From Malacoraja senta (Eukaryota): a stretch of 64,000 bases of DNA. Below are positions 52,997-64,000 of this stretch, in pieces. Each line of letters begins with the position of its first letter. Position 1 is the stretch's first letter. Below the pieces are notes generated by a model. It saw nothing but the letters and a program-made list of their open reading frames with translations. It ran no database searches and was not told the DNA's origin. The DNA is taken from contig CM075983.1 in the NCBI GenBank assembly GCA_038087875.1, positions 14,136,001-14,200,000 of the forward strand, in the 5' to 3' direction. The translations under genes and the position numbers were made by a program.

Positions 52997-53444
52997 AAGA
53001 AGGTAGGCAAAAATGCTGGAGAAACTCAGCGGGTGAGGCAGCATCTATGGAACGAAGGAAATAGGCAACGTTTCATGTCGAGACCCTTCTTCGGACCCTT
53101 CAATTTTCCAGCATCTGCAGTTCCTTCTTAAACAGCAATTAAGACGCTGGTTTACACTGAAGATAGACCCAAAATGCTGGAGAGGCAGCATCTCTGGATA
53201 GAAGGAATGGGTGACTTTTCTGGTCGAGACCCTTCTGAGTTAACTTGTGTCCTCTCCTTTACAGTTCTGTCAATGGCTGTAGATCCAAATTGTTAACCCT
53301 ATCACTTTCAACAAATGTTACCTGACCTGCTGTTTCCAGTATTTTCAGTTTTTATTTCACATTTCCAACATCTACAATTTCTATTAATTTCAATGGGGAA
53401 AACAGATCATGATGCATTTCACAATGTCCCTTTCTGACATTGGC

Positions 53445-54408
53445 ATTTCTGCTGTAACATGACAGTTGCATTCCTAAGAAACCTCAGTTTGTTGAAAATT
53501 GCATGAAACAAACAATTGTATCAATGGGGGTTAGGGACCAGAGAATTTTAGACTCGCAATAACAAAATTATTTTTCCTGCAGGATTATCAAAAACAATGG
53601 TAATTTTAATAGCTAAAATTAATTTTTGTTACTGCAAGCCAAAATTATGAAAGGATCTATGTTACATTAGATTAGATTAGTGCGGAAACATGCCCTTCGG
53701 CCTACTGAGCCCACACCGACCCCCACACATTGACCCTATCCTACACACACTGGGGATAATTTACATTTATACCAAGCCAATCAACTTACAAACCTGTATG
53801 CCTTTGGAATGTGGGAGAAAACAGAAGATCTCGGAGAAAACCCACGCAGTCACTGGGAGAACGTAAAACTCCGTACAGACAAGGACCCAAGGACAAGGAC
53901 AACGTAGTCAGGATCGAACCCAGGTCTCTGACGCTGCAAGGCAGCAACTCTACCGCTGTGCCACTGTGCCGCCCCATTGTTTAATAGAATATCATTGCAT
54001 GTGTCAATAGAAGCTAGACACAAAATGCTGGAGTAACTCAGCGGGGCAGGCAGCATCTCTGGAGAGAAGGAATGGGTGACGTTTCGGGTCAAGACAATAG
54101 AAGTAACTGACTGTTAATTTCAATAGTCACTCAATGTGAAACTGACAAATTGTGTTCTTAGGAAACAACAGTGTCTGATTACTGTGGGCGGGTTACAAGG
54201 AAACTTTCCCTGGACGTTTTTTGTTTTTCAAGACAGCTTTTTTCCTGCACATCAATTTCGAAAGTAATTTTTAAATGATCATCTAGTTCCTGATCCAAAG
54301 CATGTTATAACCAATTTGGCCTGCATAATACAAATAGTGTTCCTAATTCATCAGTCGTTATATCCAATTAGCGTTAGCGAAACATGCAATATAGCAGAAT
54401 TACCTGTA
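53445..54408. mobile_element. Tigger-like MITE, copy 2, carrying a nested HE1 SINE and a Penelope-derived insert
   Basis: Shares TTCCTAAGAAACCTCA, CCTGCAGGA, TTTTGTTACTGCAAG and the ...ATAGCAGAATTACCTGTA end with copy 1. The nested insert 54014-54094 has TSD CAATAGAAG. Confidence 0.55.
53667..53975 (-). mobile_element. HE1-type V-SINE nested in the Tigger-like MITE
   Basis: Head GGGCGGCACAGTGGCACAGCGGTAGAG on the minus strand; (CTAAT)n tail. Confidence 0.85.
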
Positions 54409-54481
54409 TTTTAACTGGGGTATGAAGAGTTTACTTACAATATAGTGATAATAAGGCAGGTATAAATTTGTTTATAATTAC

Positions 54482-54590
54482 CTAGAAGCATCCAAATTCC
54501 AAACATTGCCCAGGTTTCCATATCCAACATCACCATCAAGTAAATATTTATAAAGACACTGATGATAGGTAGGAAGGGGACGAATGGTAC
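54482..54590 (-). CDS. SLC7A3: CAT3-like exon ([36 protein letters not shown])
   Basis: 109 nt with AG/GT boundaries; matches the VP.lP..P..S.F.N.YLM motif of SLC7A1-3. Confidence 0.93.
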
Positions 54591-54879
54591 CTGGAAAAGA
54601 AAATGGAAGCTATCAATATTTTCCTGTAAAAATAGCATTATATTTCACAAAATCTTAATACTGCACAAGCTGGAAATATTTGTGTCAAATAGCATCAGTG
54701 GAGCAAGAAGTGGAGTAAACAGTTCAGATCGAAGATCTTTCATTAGAACTCTGATTTTCTCTCTATAGATACTGCCTGGACTGTTGAACACGTCCATCAT
54801 TTTGATCATATTTTTTTGTTCTTTCGTTAATTTTGTTTCCAAACTAATATCTTGGTCAATATAAACCCGAATATTGTAA

Positions 54880-57692
54880 ATAGACAATAGGAGTAGGCCA
54901 TTCGGCCCTTTGAGCCAGCACTGCCATTCACTATGATCATGGCTGATCATCCACAATCAGTGCCCCGTTCCTGCCCTCTCCACATATCCCCTGACTCTGC
55001 TATCTTTAAGAGCTCTATCTAACTCTGTCTTGAAAGCATCCTGAGAATTGGCCTCCACTGCCCTCTGCGGCAGAGAATTCCACAAATTCACAACCCTCTG
55101 TTGTTTGCTCATCTCCGTTCTAAATGGCTTACCCCTTATTCTTAAACTGTGGCCCCTGGTTCTGGACTTCCCCAACATTGGAAACATGTTTCCTGCCTTT
55201 AGCATGTCCAAACCCTTAATAATCTTATATGTTTCAATAAGACTCCCTCTCATCCTTCTAAATTCCAGAGTATACAAGCCCAGCGGCTCCATTCTATCAA
55301 CATATGACAGACCTGCCATCCCGGGATTTAACCTCATGAACCTACTCCCTCAATAGCAAGAATGTCCTTCCTCAAATTAGGAGACCAAAACGGCACACAA
55401 CACTCCAGGTGTGGTCTCACTAGGGCCCTGTACAGCTGCAGACGGACCTCTTTGCTCCTATATTCAACTCCTCTTGTTATGAAGGCCAACATGTCATTCG
55501 CTTTCTTCACTGCCTGCTGTACCTGCATGCTTACTTTCAGTGACTGATGAACAAGGACCCCAGATCTCGTTGTACTTCCCCTTTTCCCAACTTGACACCA
55601 TTCAGATAATAATCTGCCTTCCTGTTTTTGCCACCAAATTGGATATCCTCACATTTATCCACATTAAACTGCATCTGCCCACTCACCCAACCTGTCCAAG
55701 TCACCCTGCATCCTCATAGCATCCTCTACATACTTCACACTGCCACCCAGCTTTGTGTCATCTGCAAATTTACTAATGTTACTTTTAATCCCTTCATCTA
55801 AATCATTAATGTATATTGTAAATAGCTGCATTCCCAGCACCGAGCCTTGTGGTACCCCACTAGTCACTGCCTGTCATTCTGAAAGCGACCCGTTAATCCC
55901 TACTCTTTGTTTCCTGTCTGCCAACCACTTCTCTATCCATGTCAGCACTCTACCCCCAATACCATGTGCCCTTATCAAATGCTTTCTGAAAGTCCAGGTA
56001 CACTACATCCACCGGCTCTCCCTTGTCCATTTTCCTAGTTACATCCTCAAAAAATTCCAGAAGATTAGTCAAGCATGATTTCCCCTTCGTAAATCCATGC
56101 CGACTTGGACCGATCCTGTTACTGCTATCCAAATGTGCCGTTATTTCATCTTTTATAATTGAATTCAGCATCTTCCCCACCACCGCTGTCAGGCTACCTG
56201 GTCTATAATTCCGTTTTCTCTCTCCCGCCTTTCTTAAAAAGTGGGATAACATTAGCTACCCTCCAATCCACAGGAACTGATCCCGAATCTATAGAACATT
56301 GAAAAATTATCACCAATGCGTCCACAATTTCTAGAGCCACTTCCTTAAGTACCCTGGGATGCAGACCATCAGGCCCTGGGGATTTATCAGCCTTCAGTCC
56401 CATCAGTCTATCCAACACCATTTCCTGCCTAATGTGGATTTCTGTCAGTTCTTCCGTCACCCTAGATCCTCATGCCACTAGTACATCATTGTTTGTGTCT
56501 TCCTTAGTGAAGATGGATCCAAAGTACCTGTTCAACTCATCTGTCATTTCCTTGTTCCCCATAATAAATTCACCATTTTCAGTCTTCAAGGGTCCAACTT
56601 TGGTCTTCACTAATTTTTCCCTCTTCACATACCTAAAGAAGCTTTACTATCCTCCTTTATATTCTTGGCTAGCTTACCTTCGTACCTCATCTATTCTCCC
56701 CGTATTACCTTTTTAGTTATCTTCTGTTGCTCTTTAAAAATTCCCAATCCTCTGGCTTCCCACTCATCTTTGCTATGTTATACTTCTTCTCTTTTATTTT
56801 TATGTTGTCCCTGACTTCCCTTGTCAGCCACGGTCGCCCCTTACTCCCCCTTGGAATCTTTCTTCCTCTTTGGAATGAACTGATCCTGCATCTTCTGAAT
56901 TATTCCCAGAAATACCCGCCGTCATTATTCCACTGTCATCCCTGCTAGGGTATCTTTCCAGTCAACTTTTGCCAGCTCCTCCCTCATGGCTCCATAGTCC
57001 CCTTTGTTTAATTCTAATACTGACACTTCCGATTTTCCCTTCTCCCTCTCAAATGTAGATTAAAACTTATCATGTTATGGTCACTACCTCCTAATGGCTC
57101 CTTACCAAATCAGGTTCATTACACAACACTAAATCCAGAATTTCCTTCTCCCTGGTAGGCTCCAGTACAAGCTCCTCTAAGAATCCATCACGGAGGCACT
57201 CCACAAACTCCCTTTCTTGGTGTCCGGTACCAACCTGATTTTCCCAGTCTATCTGCATGTTGAAATCTACCATAACAACCGTAACATTACCTTTTCGATA
57301 TGCCAATTTTAACTCTTGATTCAACTTGCACCCGATATCCAGGCTACAGTTTGGCGGTCTGTGAATAACTCCTATTAGGGTCTTTTTACCCTTAGAATTC
57401 CCGTTCTATCCATACTGACTACATCTCCTGATTCTATGTCATCATGGTCTAAATTTCACTCCTCACCAACAGAGCTGCCCCATCCCCTCTGCCCAACTGT
57501 CTGCCTTTTCGATAGGACGTATATCCTTGAATATTCATTTCCCAGCCCTGGTTCTCTTGCAGCCCATGTCTCTGTAATTCCCACAACATCATACTTGCCA
57601 ATTTCTAACTGAGCCTCAAGCTCATCCACTTTATTTCTTATACTTTGCGCATTCATAAACAACACTTTAACTTCGGTATTCACCTTCCCTTT
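54880..57692 (-). mobile_element. CR1/HER1-type LINE ORF2 remnant (endonuclease to RT, disrupted) in an SLC7A3-like intron
   Basis: [69 protein letters not shown] across broken frames, plus a CR1 3'UTR. Confidence 0.93.
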
Positions 57693-57940
57693 CACACGTG
57701 TGATACACAGTCACTTAAAATGTGTATTCTCAAGCCTTGTGCTGTAAAACATGTGCATTCCAAATTGAGGCAGGGAATGGGTAATGGAAAAATATGTTTT
57801 TATCATGCGTTGCAGTGTGCCACCCACGACTGGTGGAAAATTAGTAACTGGATATGCAAGGAAGCAGGAGATCAGTATTTATGGGAAAGGGAGATGGGAA
57901 TCATTTCTACTTCTTTGAATAAAGAGATTGAAAGTTTTAC

Positions 57941-58107
57941 CTTAAAAGTTAGAGACACATCATTCATTGGCTGTTTACATATCACGATCGTAGTAACCAC
58001 AATCAACACGAAAAGTGTAAACAAAAATGTTATCCAGAAGGCATTTCCTTTCAAGACTTGCTGGTAAAAGTTGGAAATTACAATGGAAATGCTAGCCAAG
58101 AGAATTG
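57941..58107 (-). CDS. SLC7A3: CAT3-like exon (SILLASISIV...ICKQPMNDVSLTFK)
   Basis: 167 nt with AG/GT boundaries; two hydrophobic TM segments ending in the QP....LxFK motif. Confidence 0.9.
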
Positions 58108-58550
58108 CTGGAATGAAATAAGATAAGAAACTTAAAGGATGCCAAACACTGCATTCTTTAATCAATGAAAAAGATAATCTATTCATTTGTGGCACATGTT
58201 AGATGCAGAATAGCTCTAATTACTCTCAACCAATATTCTATCCCAATCACATAAGATTATTCTTTCTTCCACAGTAGAAATAATTTAAAATAATTCTGTT
58301 GAGACATCATGCACCCTGGCAGCACTCCAAACCGCCTGTGAAATAACATCACCATAATTAATATTAATTTGTTTAATCCTAAACCCACTGTACCCACATT
58401 TTGTCCACAAATATGAATTTCTATTACGTGCATTGGCATTTACGTGTACATTCTCTTTCAGCACATTCGTGAAATCACTGCCAATTAAATGATCATTTGC
58501 ACAGAATGTTCCATAAAAATGTCACAATATTTCAGTCCCTGGATACTTAC

Positions 58551-58759
58551 AAAGAATTCCAGCACTGATGTAAATAATTAATCCAGAACTTTTAGTGGGG
58601 GTGTTTTTTTGGGGGTAGAACAGTAACTTTAAGTTCAGTGAAGTTTTATCCTCAGCCTGATAATCTTCACTGTTGATTTGAGTTTCCAAGTTGCTTTTGT
58701 TTTCTCTAAGTGAAGTCATTTCATACGAATCAGATTTAATAAAATCATCAGGCTGATAC
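58551..58759 (-). CDS. SLC7A3: CAT3-like exon (RYQPDDFIKS...PTKSSGLIIYISAGIL)
   Basis: 209 nt with CAG acceptor and GTAAGT donor; RYQP and PTxxSG motifs. Confidence 0.9.
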
Positions 58760-59032
58760 CTGGAAACAGAAGAAATAAGATTAACTCTTTGTGTTTCCCA
58801 ACTTGCACACTTTAGGCTTTAGATACAGCATGGAAACAGGCCAACCGAGTTGCACTGAACAGTAATCACCTATCCTGCACACCAGGGACAATTTGCAATT
58901 TTTCCCAAAGCCAATTAACGTACAAACGTGGACATCTTTGGAGCGTGGAAGGAAACCAGAGCACCCGGTAAAATGGCTGCTTGTTTGGAGTCTGTAAAGC
59001 AGTCTCTTGCTTGACTGTTTGCCTCATCTGAT

Positions 59033-59862
59033 CAGGCATGAGACAGGAAAAAAACTGAAAAAAGAGGGAGAGAGGTGGGGGGTCTAGAATGCCCCCTGGT
59101 AGGATTTCAAGGGGCAACTGAAGCAGGTCAAAGGGGGCAGCGCCCCCTTTATGCAATTTGTTTTGATAATTGTACCTTGAAATGACACAGTTTTCTTGCC
59201 TATTTACCCAATTTCTCGCGGAACCCCTCACTGCTCACACTTACAGGGACCCCCCCCTTACCTTAGCTCACTCACAGGTACCCCCTACTTACCTTAGCTC
59301 ACACTCACAGAACACCCCTCACCTTTGCTCACTCACAGCGACCCCCCTCACTGCTTACACTAACAGGGACCCCCTCACTGCTCACTCACAGGGACGTCCC
59401 CTCACCTTTACTCACACTCACAGACTCCTCCCTTCCACTCACCAGGGCTCACACACAATCCCTCTACTTGCTTTAAAGCGCTTATTGACATCGACAAGGC
59501 CCCGGCCTTTCCCAGCCCCTGGGGCCGCTGCTACCTACGCCCCGGCCCCGGTGCCTCGCTCCACCAGGCCTCGCCTTGTCCATCTCCCGTATGCCTCCCT
59601 CCTCCAATCACCGCTCTCTATCCTCAATCCCGCTCCCCACTGCTGCCTCTGACCGTGCCTCCCTCCTCCAATCATCGCATTGAATCATCATGAACCGCCT
59701 CCCACTGCCTGCTGACCGACGTCCTTCTAATCCAATTGGCACCCTCGATCATTAGTCCTGCCCCCACTGTCTCGCGGAAAGCCATTTATAGATTTATAGG
59801 GAATTAGAATTTTTTAAAACAAATTTCAAAATCCGCATGTCCGCGGAGAAATCTCATGCCTG
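59033..59862. mobile_element. hAT-like non-autonomous DNA transposon containing a ~28-bp minisatellite
   Basis: 11-bp TIR CAGGCATGAGA/TCTCATGCCTG; flanks share TCTGAT (partial TSD); internal CCCCTCACTGCTCACACTCACAGGGA-like tandem array at about 59222-59465. Confidence 0.6.
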
Positions 59863-59997
59863 TCTGATGAATTATTACAAATAAAGAAAGAGTTAACTGT
59901 CACTCGCTTCTTATGCAAATTATTCCGACAATTCCATAAATCAATAATAATAAAATGTCATTTGTTTGTAAAGGACCCTCTGCATATTAGCTACATA

Positions 59998-60366
59998 TTT
60001 TAGTTTAGTTTAGAGATACAGAGTGTAAATAGGTTCTTCGGCCCACCGAGTCCGCGCTGAGCAGCGATCAACCCGTACACTAGTTCTATCCTACGCACTA
60101 GGAACAATTTACAGAAGCCAATTAACCTACAAACCTGCACGTCTTTGGAATGTGAGAGGAAACCGGAGCAGCCGGAGAAAACCCACGCAGTCACAGGGAG
60201 AACGTACAAACTCTGTACAGACAGCACCAGTAGTCAATAGACAATAGGTGCAGGAGTGGGCCATTCGATCCTTCGAGCCAGCACTGCCATTCAATGTGAT
60301 CATGGCTTGAACCCAGGTCTCTGGCGCTGTGAGGCAGCAACTCTACCACTGCGCCACAGTGTGCTG
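59998..60366 (-). mobile_element. HE1-type V-SINE interrupted by a CR1 3' tail (about 60234-60308)
   Basis: SINE body split by CAATAGACAATAGGTGCAGGAG...GATCATGGCT. Confidence 0.8.
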
Positions 60367-60438
60367 CCTTAATACTGCTGCTGAAACATAATAAGTTGCT
60401 AGCTTTTGGCTGGAGAAGGAGGAGGACTTACTACTCAC

Positions 60439-60541
60439 CTGAGGATTAGAACACAAACTGCCACCAATGAATAGGCAAGTAGTGTACCAATAGACATGAG
60501 GTCAATCAGAACGTCCATGTCAAAGAACATTGCCATGAAAG
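60439..60541 (-). CDS. SLC7A3: CAT3-like exon ([34 protein letters not shown])
   Basis: 103 nt with CAG acceptor and GTGAGT donor; [14 protein letters not shown] hallmark. Confidence 0.95.
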
Positions 60542-60888
60542 CTGTAACACAACAAAAACAAATGTGACTATCCTCACGTGCTAACTAAGCACTGTCAACC
60601 TCCTGCCCATTCCTGAATGCACTGTGATCAATTTATTTATTTGGTCATTCCTTCCCGCACATAAAAAAACAAAAACAAAAAACGTTTTCTCGTGTATGCC
60701 AAAAGTGCATCCTAATTTATCTTTTTTTAAAGGGGACTGAATAATTTCTTATTATTAAACATCTTATTATACTTAAGTATTATGTAATGTATTTTTACCT
60801 AGGCATAGGTAAAGATCCACAGAGAAGGTAATGATTTTTCAGAAAAACATCACATCAAGAAGACCAACAGGAACTTTGATATCTCTAA

Positions 60889-61193
60889 AGGGCTTGTCCC
60901 ACTTCAACCGGCGACAGGTACTGACGACTGAGTTGTCTTCAGTTGTCGCCGACAGGGTCGTAGCTTGTCGTGGGTGGATGTAGGTTGACTTTGGTTGTCG
61001 TAGGTTGTCGCCTGTGTGGTCATAGGTTGTCGTAGGTGCACGTCCTAATGGGTCACCGGTTGGCGGTAGCTTGCCGTCGACTAGGTTGTAGCTTGTCGTA
61101 GACATTGTCGTAGGGGGGGTCCAGTCGCCGGTTTTTCGGCGACTTGCTACGACTATGAAAGTCGCCTAAAAAATTGCCTGTGGGACAGGCCCT
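60889..61193. mobile_element. PIF/Harbinger-type MITE with ~9-bp internal repeats
   Basis: TIRs AGGGCTTGTCCCAC...GTGGGACAGGCCCT flanked by TAA and TTA; repeated TTGTCGTAG-like units inside. Confidence 0.8.
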
Positions 61194-61295
61194 TTAGTCA
61201 CTGAACAGGGAATTCATTCAAATTGATCAACTGCCAGCATTGTAGTGTTTCACTGTAAAACCATTACCTTCAATGCTGGCCTGAACTCTACTTAC

Positions 61296-61435
61296 CAGCA
61301 ACTATACCAGAAGCAATGGTTGCGTGCACTGGGGTCATGGTTTTTTTGTGCGTTTTACCCAGGAAACGAAAGAGCAATCCGTCCATAGCCATTGAGTATA
61401 TGATACGTGGCATCGGGAACATGGCGCCCAGCAGA
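61296..61435 (-). CDS. SLC7A3: CAT3-like exon ([47 protein letters not shown])
   Basis: 140 nt with TAG acceptor and GTAAGT donor; MFPMPR...DGLLF motif of the affinity-determining exon. Confidence 0.95.
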
Positions 61436-61574
61436 CTAGAGAGAAGGACAATGGTAAAGAGATCAGGAATAACTCAGCACTGAGCCACCGTCACTTCTCC
61501 TTGATTTGTGTGCTCTTGTTACACAGGAAATTATGTCTTGCTATCTCTCCTTTGATTAGATTCCTTTTTTATTC

Positions 61575-61981
61575 CATTGACAGAGGGAGGCCACAGACAA
61601 ACTGGAGGAACAGCACCTCATGTTCTGCTTAGGTAGCTCACAACCCAATGGTATGACCATTGAATTCTCCAATGTTATGTAACCAACCAACAACCCCCAT
61701 TTCCTATATCCCTCCTGGATGTGCACCCAATCTCTCCCATGATCCTGCCCCCCCCCCTCCACTTGTATCCCTTCCTCTGGCCTTACATTTCAGTCCTCTC
61801 CCTCTTTATCTCACAGCCTTTTGTCTCCAGTATTCCCCTCCCCTACTACAATCAGTTTGAAGAAGGGTCCTGATCCGAAACGTCGCCTTTTCGTGTTCTC
61901 CAGAGATGCTGTCTGGCCCGCTGAATTACTCCAGCATTGTCTCTTTTTGTAAAGCAACATCTGCAATCCCTTGTGTCTACA
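61575..61981 (+). mobile_element. Penelope-like element 3' remnant (GIY-YIG tail plus terminal unit)
   Basis: QREATDKLEEQHLMFCLGSSQPNGMTIEFS, then a pyrimidine-rich spacer and TTGAAGAAGGGTCCTGATCCGAAACGTC. Confidence 0.75.
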
Positions 61982-62142
61982 CCTTCCATTTGTACCTCGT
62001 GCCTTACAGATGGTACATAAAGGTTCTAAAATATCCCACAGCCTCCGGAAAATACAAACGTTTGCTACACTATGTTAAGCCTATTAGTGAATCTTTTAAA
62101 ATATTTTCTGAGTATTTTGTTCTGAACAAAAGTTCTGCCTAC

Positions 62143-62365
62143 CTGGTAGAGAGGGCGCAGAGAGAGCCAAGAGCCACAATGTACCGAGCAGGTTCCCAGC
62201 CAATATGCTTGAAGGCCTCAGGCAATGGGCTTCGGTTGTCCAAGATGTAGTAAGGCATCATGAGTGTGAGAGCAGCCGACACTCCAAAGTATGCCACAAA
62301 GCAGATCATCAGGGAAACAATAATGCTAATAGGAATCGACTTCTGTGGATTCTTTGCTTCTTCTC
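62143..62365 (-). CDS. SLC7A3: CAT3-like exon ([12 protein letters not shown]...[27 protein letters not shown])
   Basis: 223 nt with AG/GT boundaries. EEA, PEAF and PARY are closer to CAT3 than to CAT1 (EEV, PDAF, GAKY) or CAT2. Confidence 0.95.
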
Positions 62366-63442
62366 CTGTAAACAGCAGTAAACAAACATGAGATGCAAGG
62401 GTCTCGACCCAAAAAGTCACCCATTCCTTCTCTCCAGAGTTACCACAGTTACTCCAGCATTTTGTGTCGATCTTATGATGCAATAAACTAATCCCACTAT
62501 AAATCAGCAAAATAATAAAAGGGAATGCTGAAAATATGACATGAAACCGAGAAGTTTCAGTTCTCAGTCCTGACTGACTTGCAGCCAAATCCAGTAGTGC
62601 ACACACATACACTCCACTCCGTCTTGCAGCAGATAGCACACCATAGAACGCAGCAGGAATTAAGGCGAGGGGGAGAGGTATGCCTACACACTCTAGCCCC
62701 ATGGAGGAAATGGTGCCGACCCTTCGAGAAAGGCATTTGCTGCGGTTATGGCCTTGCCTTGGGGTGAACCACCGTCCTCACACAGACCTATTCCTTTTCC
62801 TCACATTTCACTTCTATCTCCAGCTCAATATACAATTGCAACTTTGCTCTCTTGATTAATACAGGTGTCAGCGGTTATGGGGAGAAGGCAGGAGAATGGG
62901 GTTAAGAGAGAAAGATTGATCAGCCATGATTGAATGGCAGAGTAGACTTGATGGGCCAAATGGCCTAATTCTGTTGCTATGAACTCTCTACACACAAGCC
63001 TATTTTTGTGCTATTTCATGTGGAGTAGTTCAGCCTAACAGACTCCAGAGGCAGACAAAGACAAAAACATCAATCCCTCAATACCATTTGCTCAGAAACG
63101 GGCACTTAGATGGAGACAAGTATAAAGCAGACAGGGCAGTGGAAATGGAAATCCTTAGAGCTTTAGGAAATCTGCCAGAACTCCTTCAACACACTGACTG
63201 ACCCAATCATAAAGCAGCAGCATCTCCACTTCTGCTGCAGATCAGGCAGATCTTCCACTGTTCAGCATCAAATATATGAACATAGTTGCCACACAAATGA
63301 GAGGAAAGCAGCACAGCCAAAATAAATCAACAAGAAAACACAATTGTGTTGCGAACACCACAATGGCAGTTGACTGACACGACAATCTGCACATAAGGGC
63401 AGACATTATTTACAAAGGTTCTAACTTCTTTATCAGGGTTTC

Positions 63443-63729
63443 ACAGCGGTAGAGTTGCTGCCTTACAGCACCAGAGACCCGGGTTTGATCCTCACTCAGG
63501 TGCTTGTCTGTACAGAGTTTGTACATTCTCCCCGTGACCTGCATGGGTTTTCCCCTGGAGCCCCGATTTCCTCCCACACTCCAGACGTATAGGTCTGTAG
63601 GCTAATTGGCTTGCTACGATTGTAAATTGGCCCTCGTGTGTGTAGGATAGTGTAGATCTGCGGGAATCGCCGGTCGGCGCGGACTTGGTGGGTCGAAGGG
63701 CCTGTTTCCGTGCTGTATCTCTAAATGAA
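63443..63729 (+). mobile_element. HE1-type V-SINE
   Basis: CAGCGGTAGAGTTGCTGCC head through the TGCTGTATCTCTAAA tail. Confidence 0.85.
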
Positions 63730-63890
63730 ATCAAGATGGCACATGACGTGCTTGGGGTAGAAGTGTGAGCACACGGACATTACATTAGCTATACCAGGGG
63801 CACCCAATGCTCTGAGGAATAGGCATAAAAAACATTTCAACATTGCCTTTGGGAAATTAAAATGTAGTTGACAAAAACCTTGGTCCATAC

Positions 63891-64000
63891 CTGTAGCTGC
63901 AATGCAGTCAAAACCCACAAAGGCATAGAAACAGGTAGCAGCACCTGTGAGCACTCCATACATTCCAAAAGGAGTGAATCCTCCTTTACCAAACCTTCCT
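63891..64000 (-). CDS. SLC7A3: CAT3-like exon, probably truncated by the window edge ([36 protein letters not shown])
   Basis: GGFxPFG and [13 protein letters not shown] motifs; GTATGG donor at 63890. Confidence 0.93.

Noticed and set aside
54957-57695. Active LINE ORF2
   Set aside because: Multiple frameshifts, stops and internal deletions; non-functional.
59222-59465. CRISPR-like array
   Set aside because: Degenerate tandem repeats without unique spacers, in a vertebrate intron with no cas genes.
60542-62142. Second mutually exclusive exon as in SLC7A2 (CAT-2A/2B)
   Set aside because: Only one MFPMPR-type exon was found; the flanking introns hold a MITE and a Penelope remnant.

Overview
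Vertebrate genomic DNA, almost certainly from a cartilaginous fish and probably a skate or ray. This is inferred from abundant HE1-type V-SINEs and CR1/HER1-type LINEs. Four protein-coding genes can be reconstructed by hand. (1) The first coding exon of a CHORD-domain Hsp90 co-chaperone (CHORDC1/ITGB1BP2 family, minus strand, 1567-1630) with a CpG-rich, HSE-containing promoter; the gene runs off the left edge. (2) A complete 5-exon UBL3 gene (minus strand, 34508->12753, 116 aa, CaaX end CMIL) with a GC-AG third intron and residues resembling the ubl3b paralogue. (3) SNRNP35 (U11/U12 snRNP 35K, plus strand, single coding exon 48168-48934) carrying a 1-nt frameshift. (4) The last 8 coding exons of a cationic amino-acid transporter (SLC7A3/CAT3-like, minus strand, 64000->52353) with unusual residues at substrate-determining positions. 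The rest is dominated by transposable elements: CR1 and Rex1/Babar LINE fragments, HE1 SINEs, Harbinger, hAT and Tigger-like MITEs, and a probable microsatellite-carrying Helitron spanning a 134-N gap. There is also a dense family of Penelope-like remnants (RT and GIY-YIG fragments) whose ~100-130 bp terminal units begin with a minimal hammerhead-ribozyme-like motif. I found no prokaryote-type systems. The most notable items are the hammerhead-bearing Penelope family, the SNRNP35 frameshift and location, a perfect 73-bp foldback in UBL3 intron 1 and the divergent CAT3-like transporter.
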